A stretch of 64,000 nucleotides of DNA from an uncultured Desulfobacter sp. (GTDB taxonomy: Bacteria; Desulfobacterota; Desulfobacteria; Desulfobacterales; Desulfobacteraceae): contig OY762069.1 of the NCBI GenBank assembly GCA_963665095.1, positions 1,312,001 to 1,376,000 on the forward strand. Direction: 5' to 3'. Positions 37,781-48,462 of this stretch are shown piece after piece. Below the pieces are notes generated by a model that saw only the letters and a list, made by a program, of their open reading frames with translations, was not told where the DNA came from and ran no database searches. Each line of letters opens with the position of its first letter. Positions within the stretch are counted from its first letter, which is position 1. A program made the translations under genes and the position numbers.

Positions 37781-38677
37781 ATGAAAAGAATGATGTGGTC
37801 CGGCATTTCAGCAGTTTGGATTTTGGTTATGGGGCTTATCAGCATCCCCGGCTATGCAGTTGCCGGAGATGAAAATCTGCTGGATACCATTGAGAAATCC
37901 GGCGAAGTTCACATGGGCTTTCGGGAAGGGTCCGTACCCTTTGGATTTATTGACAAGGATGGCTCCTGGGTAGGGTTTGGCATTGACCTTGGTGCTGAAG
38001 TGGCCAAAGACCTTGAAAAAAAATTTAACAAGCCCATTAAACTGGTCAAGCATCCCATGAATCCCAAAACCCGAATCACCATGGTGGCCAACGGCATGGT
38101 GGCCATGGGCATCGGTTCCACCACCATAACCCTTGCCAGAGAGCAGGTGGTGGACTTCAGCCTGCCCTATTTTCTAACAGGAACAAGGCTTCTGGTGCCC
38201 AAGGACAGCGCCATTGAAGGATTTTCCGATATCGGAGGAAAACGGGTGGGCATGGGTTCCGGATCCACCGCAAATATAAAAGGGATGGACCGGGCCATTG
38301 CCCGGGGCGTGGTTGCACCTGCCTGCCAGAAGGTCTTGTTTGAGGAGCACAATAAGGGATTTCTGGCCCTTCAGCAGGGCAAAATTGACGCCTATTTCAC
38401 CGATGCCAGCCAGCTGGCCGGGATGCGAGCCAAAGCAGCCAATCCTGACGACTGGAAAATCGTTGGCAAATACCTGACCTATGAACCCTATGGCATGATT
38501 CTGCCGGAAAACCAGGGGGAATGGCGGGATTTTGTTAATGAATCCCTGATCCATATGATCAAAGACGGAAGGTTTGAGGCCCTTTACACCAAATGGTTTG
38601 GTCCCGATGGGGTGGTTCCTCTGCCCATGACCGATGAGTACAAGGTACTGCTTAAATCCTTAAGCTATCCGGAATAG
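37781..38677 (+). CDS. Polar amino-acid ABC transporter substrate-binding protein (GltI-like)
   Basis: Signal peptide; FREGSVPFGF, STTITLARE, VDFSLPYF, EPYG. Confidence 0.9.
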   Translation: MKRMMWSGISAVWILVMGLISIPGYAVAGDENLLDTIEKSGEVHMGFREGSVPFGFIDKDGSWVGFGIDLGAEVAKDLEKKFNKPIKLVKHPMNPKTRITMVANGMVAMGIGSTTITLAREQVVDFSLPYFLTGTRLLVPKDSAIEGFSDIGGKRVGMGSGSTANIKGMDRAIARGVVAPACQKVLFEEHNKGFLALQQGKIDAYFTDASQLAGMRAKAANPDDWKIVGKYLTYEPYGMILPENQGEWRDFVNESLIHMIKDGRFEALYTKWFGPDGVVPLPMTDEYKVLLKSLSYPE

Positions 38678-38722
38678 CCGGAACCAAAACCGGGGACGCT
38701 GGACCGTAAGGGATCGTCCCCG

Positions 38723-39460
38723 GTGAACAGGAGCGTTTTGCTGAACTATACCTTTGACTGGTCCGTCCTCTGGCGCCAGCCTTACGGGGCCATGATGCTC
38801 AAAGGGATCTGGACGACCCTGACCATCTCTCTTTCGGCCTGGTGTATGGCCGTGATTCTGGGCATTGCCGTGGCAGCCTGCCGCGTGTATCCCAACAGGG
38901 CTTGCCGGACCCTGGGCTTTTGCTATGTCCTGATTTTCAGAAATATTCCGTTCCTGGTCCAACTGTTTTTCTGGTATTTTTCAGCGCCGTTACTTTTACC
39001 CAAGCCTGCCCAGGCCTGGCTCTATGACACGATTCCTGATTATGCCTTCTGGTGTGGTTGTGTGGGGCTTGGCATGTATACCGCCTCAAGAGTGGCCGAG
39101 CAGTTCCGGGCCGGTTTGCTTGCCATTCCCCAAGACCAGTACCGGGCTGCCTATGCCACAGGCCTGAGGCCGGTACAGGTATATAGCTATGTGATCCTGC
39201 CCTATGCGTTCAGAATTATTATCCCGGCATTTACCACAGAATTTCTCACCTGCTTTAAAAATTCAGCCCTGGCCATGACCATCGGGGTCATGGAAATTAC
39301 CCACACCGCTTATGTGATTGACTCTTTTACCTGGCACGGCCTGGAAACCACCACCGCCGCAAGCCTTTGCTACCTTGCCATTGCCCAGATGGTGGCCCTT
39401 TTCATGTGGCGGGTCGAAAAACGATGGGCCGTTGCGGGCCTGATCCGGCGGGGGGCATAA
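38723..39460 (+). CDS. Amino-acid ABC permease
   Basis: FRNIPFLVQLFFWYF, EAA-like loop, FKNSALA. Confidence 0.9.
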   Translation: MNRSVLLNYTFDWSVLWRQPYGAMMLKGIWTTLTISLSAWCMAVILGIAVAACRVYPNRACRTLGFCYVLIFRNIPFLVQLFFWYFSAPLLLPKPAQAWLYDTIPDYAFWCGCVGLGMYTASRVAEQFRAGLLAIPQDQYRAAYATGLRPVQVYSYVILPYAFRIIIPAFTTEFLTCFKNSALAMTIGVMEITHTAYVIDSFTWHGLETTTAASLCYLAIAQMVALFMWRVEKRWAVAGLIRRGA

Positions 39461-39471
39461 GGCGGATTTCT

Positions 39472-40131
39472 ATGGATTTTGCCGTTATTTCAGATAACCT
39501 GGGGTATATGGCCGGCGGGCTGTGGCTGACCTTTCAAATTGCGGCCATGGCCGTATCCGGCGGCCTGGCCTGGGGAATTATCCTGGGGCTTGGCCGGCTT
39601 TCTCCCATCCGGCTGATCTATTATCCAGCCAGCTTTTATATTCATTTTTTCAGAGGAATTCCTCTGATCCTGGTCATTTTCTGGATCTATTTTTTGATGC
39701 CGGTGCTTTTGGACCGGTCCATGGGTCAGCTGCCTGCGGTGGTACTCTCCTTTATTCTTTACGAGGCCGCCTATTTTGCGGAAATTGTCCGGTCCGGCAT
39801 CCAGGCCGTGCCTTTAGGCCAGAAAAGGGCCGGTCTTGCCACAGGACTTCGGCCCTGGCAGCTGGCAGGCCATGTGATTCTGCCCCAGGCCTTAAAAAAG
39901 ATGGTACCGGCTTTGGTAACCCATTGCGTGGTGGTTTTCCAGGACACCTCCCTTGCCTATGTGATCGGCCTTCGGGAATTCTTGCGCCGGGTGAATCTGG
40001 TGGATGCCCGGGAAGCCCGTTCTGTGGAGCTTTATCTATTTGCAGCCGGTGTTTATTTTATTTTATGCACCCTGGGAACCTTCCTTGGCAAATACCTGGA
40101 AGACAGGCCCCAAAAAAAGGATATTTCGTGA
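39472..40131 (+). CDS. Amino-acid ABC permease
   Basis: FRGIPL, EAAYFAEIVRSGI, FQDTSL. Confidence 0.9.
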   Translation: MDFAVISDNLGYMAGGLWLTFQIAAMAVSGGLAWGIILGLGRLSPIRLIYYPASFYIHFFRGIPLILVIFWIYFLMPVLLDRSMGQLPAVVLSFILYEAAYFAEIVRSGIQAVPLGQKRAGLATGLRPWQLAGHVILPQALKKMVPALVTHCVVVFQDTSLAYVIGLREFLRRVNLVDAREARSVELYLFAAGVYFILCTLGTFLGKYLEDRPQKKDIS

Positions 40132-40868
40132 TTGAAATCAGACACCTGGAACTTTCCTATGGCAGCCATCAGGCCCTGGCCGATGTGTCAATCAATATTG
40201 AAAAAGGACAGACACTGGTGGTATGCGGCCCTTCAGGGTCGGGTAAATCCACCCTGCTTCGGTGTATCAACGGCCTGGAACGATTCCAAGGCGGCGAAAT
40301 TTATGTGGACAAGGTCTCTGTCCAGGCCAGGGATACGGATATCTATGCCTTACGGTCCCGGATCGGCATGGTATTTCAGCATTTTGAGCTTTATCCCCAT
40401 AAAACCGTACTGGACAACCTGACCCTGGCTCCGGTAAAAGTAAACAAAGTACCCCGGGCCAAAGCCCGGGAAAAGGGCCTGGCCCTGCTGGATCAGGTGG
40501 GGATCGCAGATCAGGCCCACAAGTATCCGGCCACACTTTCCGGCGGACAGCAGCAGCGGGCCGCCATTGCCCGGGCACTGGCCATGGAGCCTGCCGTCAT
40601 GCTCTTTGATGAACCCACATCTGCACTTGACCCGGAAATGATCAAAGAGGTACTTGAGGTTATGGCAGGACTTTCCCGCTCGGGCATGACCATGGTGGTG
40701 GTCACCCATGAAATGGGATTTGCCCGCAGGGCCGCAGATGAGATCGTGTTTATGGACAAAGGCCGAATCGTGGAAAAAAATACTGCCCGGGAATTCTTTC
40801 TGCGGCCGGCTCATGAACGGACCCGGCAATTTTTGGGCAGGGTAATGGACGAGCCTTTTAATGAATAA
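40128..40868 (+). CDS. Amino-acid ABC ATPase
   Basis: GPSGSGKS, LSGGQQQR, FDEPTSALDPE, VTHEMGFA; GTG start overlapping upstream stop. Confidence 0.93.
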   Translation: MIEIRHLELSYGSHQALADVSINIEKGQTLVVCGPSGSGKSTLLRCINGLERFQGGEIYVDKVSVQARDTDIYALRSRIGMVFQHFELYPHKTVLDNLTLAPVKVNKVPRAKAREKGLALLDQVGIADQAHKYPATLSGGQQQRAAIARALAMEPAVMLFDEPTSALDPEMIKEVLEVMAGLSRSGMTMVVVTHEMGFARRAADEIVFMDKGRIVEKNTAREFFLRPAHERTRQFLGRVMDEPFNE

Positions 40869-40886
40869 AATTAAGGGTAAAAAAAG

Positions 40887-41711
40887 ATGACTGCAAAATT
40901 TGAGATCAGTTTATTGTGTGAGGACCAGGTGGTAATGGGGTTCAAAGACCGGATTTTCAAAGGGGTACATGGCCTATCCCTGTTTATCCGGGCTGAACAG
41001 AACATTTTGTTTGATGCCGGTCCTTCGGATGTGTTTCTTGATAATGCCGGTTTGATGGACTTAAACCTTAACGATCTGGACTGGATCGCTTTAAGCCACG
41101 GCCACTGGGACCATGCCGACGGCCTTGCTTTTTTGGCCAGTCGCCTCAAAAAAACAAAACTGATTGCCCACCCTGCCGTATTTTCGGACCGGCATAAACC
41201 CACCGGAGAATTCAACGGCATGTCTCTGTCACGAGAAGACCTTGAGGCCTCTTTTGACCTGGAACTGTCCCAAGGCCCTAAACAGTTGACGCCCAGCGTC
41301 TGGTTTCTGGGTCAGATCCCCCGGGCCAATGATTTTGAGTCTGTTTCCACACCGTTTTATAAAATAGAACAGGGGGAAAAATTACCGGAATTTCTTGAAG
41401 ACGATACGGCCTTAGCCATCACAACCGGCCAGGGAATCGTGGTCATTGCAGGATGCGCCCATGCCGGAATTTGCAATATCTGCGACCATGCCAAATCCGT
41501 CACTGGCCAGGACCGGATCCATATGGTCATGGGTGGATTTCATCTGCTTTCAGCCGGGGAGCAACTGGACCGGACCGTTGAATATTTCAAGGCCCATCCC
41601 GTGGACCGCCTGCTGCCCATGCACTGTACAGGCTTTGAGGCCCTGTGCCGGTTTCACCGTGAGCTGAACGCTGAAAAAGCAGCCACAGGCCAGACCATAT
41701 GTGTTGGATAG
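40887..41711 (+). CDS. MBL-fold metallo-hydrolase
   Basis: HGLS, SHGHWDH, GCAHAG, GGFHL, PMHCTG. Confidence 0.9.
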   Translation: MTAKFEISLLCEDQVVMGFKDRIFKGVHGLSLFIRAEQNILFDAGPSDVFLDNAGLMDLNLNDLDWIALSHGHWDHADGLAFLASRLKKTKLIAHPAVFSDRHKPTGEFNGMSLSREDLEASFDLELSQGPKQLTPSVWFLGQIPRANDFESVSTPFYKIEQGEKLPEFLEDDTALAITTGQGIVVIAGCAHAGICNICDHAKSVTGQDRIHMVMGGFHLLSAGEQLDRTVEYFKAHPVDRLLPMHCTGFEALCRFHRELNAEKAATGQTICVG

Positions 41712-42129
41712 ACAAACAGCGGCACAAAAATCCTGGCTGGTGGGGATACCCCGGATAGTTTCGTGATGGGGGAGATGATGGATGGGATATTGGAACGCGT
41801 TAAGCCGGATTTGAATGCCGCTTTCTTATGAAATGAAGCAATAAAACATGTAATAGAATACCCGACACTGTGATGAGATTGTTATGCGTCGATAGAATAT
41901 TATACATTTATAAATTTCATGTTTTATTTTAGTCAGTTATATAACCACATGTCGCTTAATGAATAAATTCTTATTCAATATTTTCTATTTTTTCATCCCT
42001 CCTTTTTACAAAACCCTGCATTAACAGACCTGAAATGGGTCATGTATAAACGCTTGACTTATTTTAACCACTTAAATTTACAACTTATCTTAACTTCATA
42101 AAAAGGATTCCCCCCTCTTTCCGCTCTTT

Positions 42130-42145
42130 TGGCAAGCTATTTGCT
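42130..42145 (+). promoter_or_regulatory. sigma54 -24/-12 promoter of the beta-oxidation/TRAP operon
   Basis: TGGCAA-GCTAT-TTGCT. Confidence 0.75.
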
Positions 42146-42230
42146 CAATTGTCTTTTCAATGAATTTTTAAAAAATTTAACAGCGCGCATTGGTTAGTCA
42201 ACCCGATGTTGAAAAGGATAATGCAAAGAT

Positions 42231-44018
42231 ATGAGCCATTTTAAAGTAAATCAGAAAGATATTTTTTTTATTCTCAAGGAGCAGTTGAATTACGCCACGC
42301 TGTGTGACCTGGAAAAGTACAGTGACCTCAATGAAAAAACGTTGGATTTAATGGTGACAGAGGCATTGAGTTTTGCCAAAGGCGTTCTCTCCCCCTTGAA
42401 TGAGATCGGTGAAGCGTGGGGTGTGGGATTTGAAAACGGCATAGTGACCAATCCCCCGGAATTTAAGAAGGCATTCAAACAATACGGTGAAGACGGATGG
42501 ACCGCTGCAGCCAGAAGTCCGGAATTCGGAGGGCAGGGTTTTCCCTCAATGATGCGGATTATCGTCAATGACCTGATGTACGGTGCCTGCCAGTCCTTTA
42601 ACATGGCCCCAAGCCTGACCCACGGGGCTGCCCATCTCATTGAAACCTTTGGCACGGATGAATTAAAAAAACGTTTTGTTCCCAACATGTACAACGGGAC
42701 CTGGGCCGGCACCATGTGTCTGACAGAGGCTGATGCCGGTTCAAACCTGGCCGCTCTGACCACCACAGCGGTCAAGGAGGGGGATCATTATAAAATCAGC
42801 GGCACCAAAATATTTATCTCCTGGGGGGACCATGATCTCACCGAAAATATTGTCCATCTGGTTTTAGCCAGAATTCAGGGCGCCCCTGAAGGGGTCAAAG
42901 GCATCTCCCTTTTTGTGGTGCCGAAATTCCGCGTGAACGAGGATGGTTCCATAGGCCAGGCCAATGATGTCCGTTGCGGGAACGTGGAAAAAAAGCTCGG
43001 GCTCCATGCCTCTCCCACGGCTGTACTTAATTTTGGTTCTGATAATGAATGTATCGGGTATCTTTGCGGAAAAGAAAACTTTGGTCTTGCCCACATGTTC
43101 CAGATGATGAACCAGGCAAGGATCAATACCGGGGTATCCGGCATGACCTTGGCATCCACGGCCTATCAAAATGCTTTGGAATATACCAAATCAAGGGTCC
43201 AGGGCCGGGACCTTGCCCGCCGCACTGAAGGCGATACCACCATCATTGAGCATCCGGATATCCGGCGCAATCTGCTCTGGATGAAGGCGGCTGTGGACGG
43301 TATGCGCTCCATGATCTATACTGCGGCATTCCGGGCAGACCTTGCATCCCAGTTGCCCCGGGGCGATGAAAAAGACCACCACTCTTATCTTGTTGATTTT
43401 CTGACGCCCATTATCAAAGCCCATTGCTCGGATCTTGGATTCAGGGTCTGTGAAACAGCTATGCAGTGTCTTGGCGGCTATGGATTCTGCAAGGATTTCC
43501 CCCTGGAGCAGTACCTCAGGGATGCTAAAATTATGTCTTTATACGAGGGGACCAACGGCATCCAGGCCATGGATCTGCTTGGCCGCAAAATGCAGATCGA
43601 GGATGGGGCGCCCTTTAAGGCATTCCAGAATGAGATTGACACCTTTTGCACCATACATCAGGACCACCCGGGCCTCAAGAGCCAGGTTTCGACGTTAAAG
43701 GCCGCAGCTGACAAGCTGTGGGAAACCGCTGAGATGCTCAAACAAAGAAGGGAGGAAGATCCCCTGCACTGGGCATCCTACACCTACCCTGCCCTCACCG
43801 CCTTTGCCGATATTGCCATGATCTGGTCTCTTTTGACCATGGCCACAGTGGCCTGGCCCGCTGCTGAAAAGAAAGGCAAGAAAAACGATTTTTACAGGGC
43901 CAAGGTTCTCCAGGCCACCTATTATACAGATATTACGCTGCCCCACACGCTGGCTACCTTAAATACCTGTTTCCGCCAGGGCAGGGAAATTCTGGATATG
44001 CCGAATCATTCATTCTGA
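42231..44018 (+). CDS. Acyl-CoA dehydrogenase (long, ~600 aa type)
   Basis: GTMCLTEADAGS, GTKIFIS, LGGYG, LYEGTNGIQAMDL. Confidence 0.93.
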   Translation: MSHFKVNQKDIFFILKEQLNYATLCDLEKYSDLNEKTLDLMVTEALSFAKGVLSPLNEIGEAWGVGFENGIVTNPPEFKKAFKQYGEDGWTAAARSPEFGGQGFPSMMRIIVNDLMYGACQSFNMAPSLTHGAAHLIETFGTDELKKRFVPNMYNGTWAGTMCLTEADAGSNLAALTTTAVKEGDHYKISGTKIFISWGDHDLTENIVHLVLARIQGAPEGVKGISLFVVPKFRVNEDGSIGQANDVRCGNVEKKLGLHASPTAVLNFGSDNECIGYLCGKENFGLAHMFQMMNQARINTGVSGMTLASTAYQNALEYTKSRVQGRDLARRTEGDTTIIEHPDIRRNLLWMKAAVDGMRSMIYTAAFRADLASQLPRGDEKDHHSYLVDFLTPIIKAHCSDLGFRVCETAMQCLGGYGFCKDFPLEQYLRDAKIMSLYEGTNGIQAMDLLGRKMQIEDGAPFKAFQNEIDTFCTIHQDHPGLKSQVSTLKAAADKLWETAEMLKQRREEDPLHWASYTYPALTAFADIAMIWSLLTMATVAWPAAEKKGKKNDFYRAKVLQATYYTDITLPHTLATLNTCFRQGREILDMPNHSF

Positions 44019-44105
44019 TTCAGTGCCGTATCTTTAATAAGGCGGCAACCGGATATCAGCAAGTGTGGCAGTTAAACCAATGAGACAGCATGGAGAAGAT
44101 ACACC

Positions 44106-45293
44106 ATGGAATTCAAAGATAACGATGTATTGGTAATGGATGCCGTTCGAACGGCTTTTGGCCGGGCCGGTGAAAAAGGAATTTTCTGGAAAACACGGGC
44201 GGAAGATCTCAGCGTCGCGGTATTAAAAGGGCTCATGGAGAGAAACCCCTCACTTTCTCCTGCCCAGGTGGAGGATGTGATCTGGGGGGCCACCAATCAG
44301 ATCGCCGAACAGGGCGGCACCATTGGCCGGATGATATCCATGCTGGCTGACTGGGGCTGGGAGGTGCCGGGCTGCTCCATAGACCGGATGTGTGCAGGGG
44401 GCCTGACGGCAGTTGGGTTTGGTGTCTCCTACATTGCCAGCGGCATGGCCGATTGCCTGGTGGCCGGCGGCGTGGAGCACATGGGCCATCTGCCCATGGG
44501 GTATATGCGTGACTCCCATCCCAGGGCCGAAGCGGTCATGGGAGATGCCTCCGCATTTAACATGGGCATGACCGCCGAAAATATCCACGATCTTTGTCCG
44601 GAACTGACCAAAGAGATGACGGACGCCTATGCAGTGACCTGCCAGGAAAAAGCACATCAGGCCATGGCATCAGGGAAAATGACTGACATGATCATCCCTT
44701 TGGACGTGGAACTTAACGACGGCACAAAAATCACGGCTGACACAGACCAGCACCCAAGACCCGGGACCTCTCTGGAGAGCCTTGCAGCCTTAAAAACCCC
44801 GTTCAGGGAAAACGGCCGTGTCACTGCGGGCAATGCATCCGGCCTCAATGACGGGGCAGCTGCCGTGCTTCTCATGAACAGCAAAAAGGCAAAAGAGCTT
44901 GACATGGCCCCGGCCATGCGCTGGGTATCCACGGCCGTGGCCGGGGTGGATCCCAAAATTATGGGAACCGCGCCTGTTCCGGCCGTTCTCAAGGCCCTGG
45001 ACAAGGCCGGCCTCACCATGGACGACATGGACATTATTGAACTCAACGAAGCATTTGCTGTCCAGGCTATGCACAATCTGACCCGCTTAGGCCTTGAACC
45101 GGACGACGCAAGGGTCAATATCTGGGGCGGTGCCATTGCATTCGGCCATCCGCTGGCCTCTTCCGGACCAAGGCTCATTGCCTTTATGAGAGGCCTGTTC
45201 AGGGAAAACCCCGATGCCAGGTACGGACTGACCGCCATGTGCGTGGGCCGGGGACAGGGGTATGCCATGATCTGGGAAAACTTAAGGCAATAG
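44106..45293 (+). CDS. Thiolase (acetyl-CoA C-acyltransferase)
   Basis: DRMCAGG, NEAFA, GHP, AMCVGRGQG. Confidence 0.95.
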   Translation: MEFKDNDVLVMDAVRTAFGRAGEKGIFWKTRAEDLSVAVLKGLMERNPSLSPAQVEDVIWGATNQIAEQGGTIGRMISMLADWGWEVPGCSIDRMCAGGLTAVGFGVSYIASGMADCLVAGGVEHMGHLPMGYMRDSHPRAEAVMGDASAFNMGMTAENIHDLCPELTKEMTDAYAVTCQEKAHQAMASGKMTDMIIPLDVELNDGTKITADTDQHPRPGTSLESLAALKTPFRENGRVTAGNASGLNDGAAAVLLMNSKKAKELDMAPAMRWVSTAVAGVDPKIMGTAPVPAVLKALDKAGLTMDDMDIIELNEAFAVQAMHNLTRLGLEPDDARVNIWGGAIAFGHPLASSGPRLIAFMRGLFRENPDARYGLTAMCVGRGQGYAMIWENLRQ

Positions 45294-45311
45294 TTAATAA
45301 AGGGAATTCAC

Positions 45312-46460
45312 ATGTCTCATACGCAAGCGTTTGAAACCTTTCGGTCCAAAATCCGCGACTTTGTGGAAAACGAGCTGGAACCGTGCTCCCTGGACATTGA
45401 ACTTAACGAAAAAATTCCGGACGAGCTGGTTGAGCGCATGCGCAGCCTTGGCCTGTTCGGGCTATCCATCCCCAAAGAATACGAAGGCTTAGGGCTGACC
45501 ACCCTTGAAGAGGTTATTATCTACGAAGAGATGACAAGAACCAATGCCTGCCATCGCTCCCGCATCGGCACCAGCAACGGGATCGGCTCCATGGGCATTC
45601 TCTATGACGGCACACCGGAACAGAAAACCACCTATCTGCCCGGCATTGCAAAGGGCAAATGGACCACAGCCTTCGCCCTTACCGAGGCAGATGCCGGATC
45701 AGATGCCGCCAATATCAGCACCAGTGCCGTACTGGAAGGGGACCATTTTGTTCTCAACGGGGCAAAACTGTTTATCACCAACGCGGGAGACGCGGATCTG
45801 TTTACGGTGCTCGCGGTTACCGATGCTGAAAAAAAGGCCAGGGGCGGGGTTACCGCCTTTATTGTGGAAAAGGAGCGGCAAGGGCTTCATATAGGGCCGG
45901 CTGACGTAAAAATGGGGCTTAAAGGTTCCCATACCCACGAAGTAGTTTTCAAAGAGTGCCGGGTACCTGTCGACAATGTCATTGGCGGCATGGAGATGGT
46001 GGGCCAGGGGTTTAAAACCGCCATGCGGGTCCTGGACAAAGGCAGACTTTCCATGGGGGCCTGTGCCCTGGGTGCCTCCCAGAAACTTCTGGAAATCTGC
46101 CTTACCCATTTTCAGCAGGACGGGGTCAAGGCCCCTGACCAGGCAATTCAGTTTGACCTGGCAGACATCGCCATCCGGGTGTATGCGGCAAGACAGATGC
46201 TTTATAAAGCCGCATCCACCCGGGATGAGGGCGGCAGCGTCACCACCCAGGCATCAATGGTCAAGGTCTTTTGTACTGAAACGGCAAGTTTTGCGGCAGA
46301 ACGGGCCATGGAGATGTTTGCCCTGGCCGGCGGCATGACAGACCAGCGCCTGGAGATGTTTTTCCGGGATGTCAGGTTGTACCGGATCTATGAAGGCACC
46401 AGCGAAATTCAGAGAAAAATCATTGCCAGAAATCTTATGAAACAGGGATTTCCCTGTTAG
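45312..46460 (+). CDS. Acyl-CoA dehydrogenase (catalytic subunit)
   Basis: AFALTEADAGSD, KLFITN, IYEGTSEIQR. Confidence 0.92.
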   Translation: MSHTQAFETFRSKIRDFVENELEPCSLDIELNEKIPDELVERMRSLGLFGLSIPKEYEGLGLTTLEEVIIYEEMTRTNACHRSRIGTSNGIGSMGILYDGTPEQKTTYLPGIAKGKWTTAFALTEADAGSDAANISTSAVLEGDHFVLNGAKLFITNAGDADLFTVLAVTDAEKKARGGVTAFIVEKERQGLHIGPADVKMGLKGSHTHEVVFKECRVPVDNVIGGMEMVGQGFKTAMRVLDKGRLSMGACALGASQKLLEICLTHFQQDGVKAPDQAIQFDLADIAIRVYAARQMLYKAASTRDEGGSVTTQASMVKVFCTETASFAAERAMEMFALAGGMTDQRLEMFFRDVRLYRIYEGTSEIQRKIIARNLMKQGFPC

Positions 46461-46495
46461 CAATAAGGGATGTGTTTTGCCTTGGGAGAAAAATT

Positions 46496-47623
46496 GTGAC
46501 ATTTGAACTGACAAAAGAACAGAAACAGATTCAGAAGGCAGCCCGGGATTTTGTTAAAGGGGAATTTAAAAAAGAGGCGATTGACGCCCTTTTGGACAGC
46601 CACGAATTTCCCGGAAAAATTTTGTTAAAAGCCGCCGACCTCGGATTCCTGGGGATTCATATCCCCGAAGCCTTTGACGGGGAAGGATTAGGTTACCAGG
46701 AAAAAATCGTCATCGCCGAAGAGCTGGCAAAAGGGCATTCCACCCTTGGCTGCTGCCTTTCCCTTTCCGGATACAGGGCGGACATCCTGCTTCTATACGG
46801 CAGTGATGCCCAGAAAAAAAACTGGCTGCCCAACCTTGCAGGCGGTGAAATTCTTTGTGCGTCGGGTCTGGAAGACCGGGAAACCCTTTTAACCGCATGC
46901 AAAGATAAAAAGGGATGGGTGATCACCGGCACCATCCCCCTTGCTGTCAACGGTGGTAATCCCGCTGGGTTCTATATTATTCCCTGCCAGACATCCGATA
47001 CCGCATCACCCGCCATAGAAGAGCAGGCATGGAGCCTTTTTCTGGTAAATGCGAACCTGCCCGGTATCATAGTTCAAGAATCTGGAAAACGTCTGGGGCA
47101 GTCCATGCTTCCTTTGGTCCGGATTGAATTCAAAAATGTCCTTGTCCCGGATGACAGCCTTCTTGGCGGGGAGAGCAAGGGCGAAGCCCTGCTCAGGGCG
47201 GCCGGGGCCGCAGACTCCCTGACCCTGGCTGCCCTGGCTGTAGGAGTTGCCCAGGGGGCCTTTGACCGGGCATTGGACCATGCCAGGCAGCGGCAGCAGT
47301 TTGGAAAAAAACTGATCCAGTTCCAGATCACCCGGCACAAGCTGGCACTCATGGCCACCCGGATTGAGATGGCACGGCTTATGACCCGCAAGGCAGCCGC
47401 AGCCCTTGATAAAGGCAGGGAACAGATCCGCACCTGTGCCATGGCAAAGCTTTCTGCCTGCCGGACCGCGGTTGAGGTATGTGACGAGGCACTCCAGCTG
47501 TTTGGCGGCTACGGGTATATCCAGGAGTATGAGATTGAGGCCTATTACCGGGACGCCAAAATGCTGGAACTCTTTTCAGGTGGCCCCCATGCCCTGAAAG
47601 ACACCATTGCAGACAACCTGTGA
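46496..47623 (+). CDS. Acyl-CoA dehydrogenase-family protein lacking the C-terminal catalytic Glu
   Basis: RQQFG and GGYGY retained, YEG replaced by FSG; GTG start after GGGAG. Confidence 0.85.
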   Translation: MTFELTKEQKQIQKAARDFVKGEFKKEAIDALLDSHEFPGKILLKAADLGFLGIHIPEAFDGEGLGYQEKIVIAEELAKGHSTLGCCLSLSGYRADILLLYGSDAQKKNWLPNLAGGEILCASGLEDRETLLTACKDKKGWVITGTIPLAVNGGNPAGFYIIPCQTSDTASPAIEEQAWSLFLVNANLPGIIVQESGKRLGQSMLPLVRIEFKNVLVPDDSLLGGESKGEALLRAAGAADSLTLAALAVGVAQGAFDRALDHARQRQQFGKKLIQFQITRHKLALMATRIEMARLMTRKAAAALDKGREQIRTCAMAKLSACRTAVEVCDEALQLFGGYGYIQEYEIEAYYRDAKMLELFSGGPHALKDTIADNL

Positions 47624-47649
47624 AGTACTTTTTAAGAAAGGGATTCCCC

Positions 47650-48420
47650 ATGACTCACGAAAATATTGACTATCAGGTCAAGGACTACATCGGCACCATT
47701 ACCATCAACCACCCGCCTGCCAATACGTGGAATCTTGCGACTATGACGGAGTTTGAAGAAGTTCTCGGCAAGGCGGAAGCAGACCCGGATATCCGGGTGC
47801 TTGTCATCACCGGAACCGGAGACAAATGCTTTTCAGCCGGATTTGACGTCAGTGATGCCGCCAATGCCGACATTACCAGCCCCAAAGGCAGAGAGACCTG
47901 GCGCAGGTTGGACAGAATGGCAAAACCCACCATTGCCGCCATCAACGGTCATGCCCTGGGCGGCGGCCTGGAGCTTGCCCTGTGCTGCCATTTCAGAATC
48001 GCTGTGGACAATCCCAAGATCAAACTGGGACTTACGGAACTCAACCTGGGCATTATCCCGGGATGGGGCGGCACCCAGCGTCTCTCCCGCCTGGTGGGAC
48101 GGGCAACAGCCCTGGACATGATTCTGTTCAGCAGGGTTATGGATCCCAAATCAGCACTAAGCCTAAACCTCGTAGACCGGCTGGCACCGGTGGGCGGCCT
48201 GATGGAGACAGTAGATGAATTTGCTCAGAAACTTGCCAGCCGTCCCCCCATTGCAGTTGGCTGTGTTCTGGAGGCCTTCAGCACAGGCCTTTATGAGGGA
48301 CTGGATCCCGGGCTTGAAAAAGAAAGTCAGGGCAGCGCCACTGTCCGGGTATCTGAGGACAGAAGCGAGGGATTCAAGGCGTTTCTGGAAAAACGCCCAC
48401 CTGTTTTCAAGGGAAAGTAA
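47650..48420 (+). CDS. Enoyl-CoA hydratase/isomerase
   Basis: [30 protein letters not shown]. Confidence 0.93.
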   Translation: MTHENIDYQVKDYIGTITINHPPANTWNLATMTEFEEVLGKAEADPDIRVLVITGTGDKCFSAGFDVSDAANADITSPKGRETWRRLDRMAKPTIAAINGHALGGGLELALCCHFRIAVDNPKIKLGLTELNLGIIPGWGGTQRLSRLVGRATALDMILFSRVMDPKSALSLNLVDRLAPVGGLMETVDEFAQKLASRPPIAVGCVLEAFSTGLYEGLDPGLEKESQGSATVRVSEDRSEGFKAFLEKRPPVFKGK

Positions 48421-48462
48421 ACCACATCCGGACAGATCTTTTTGCAAAAGGAGCCGATCAAC

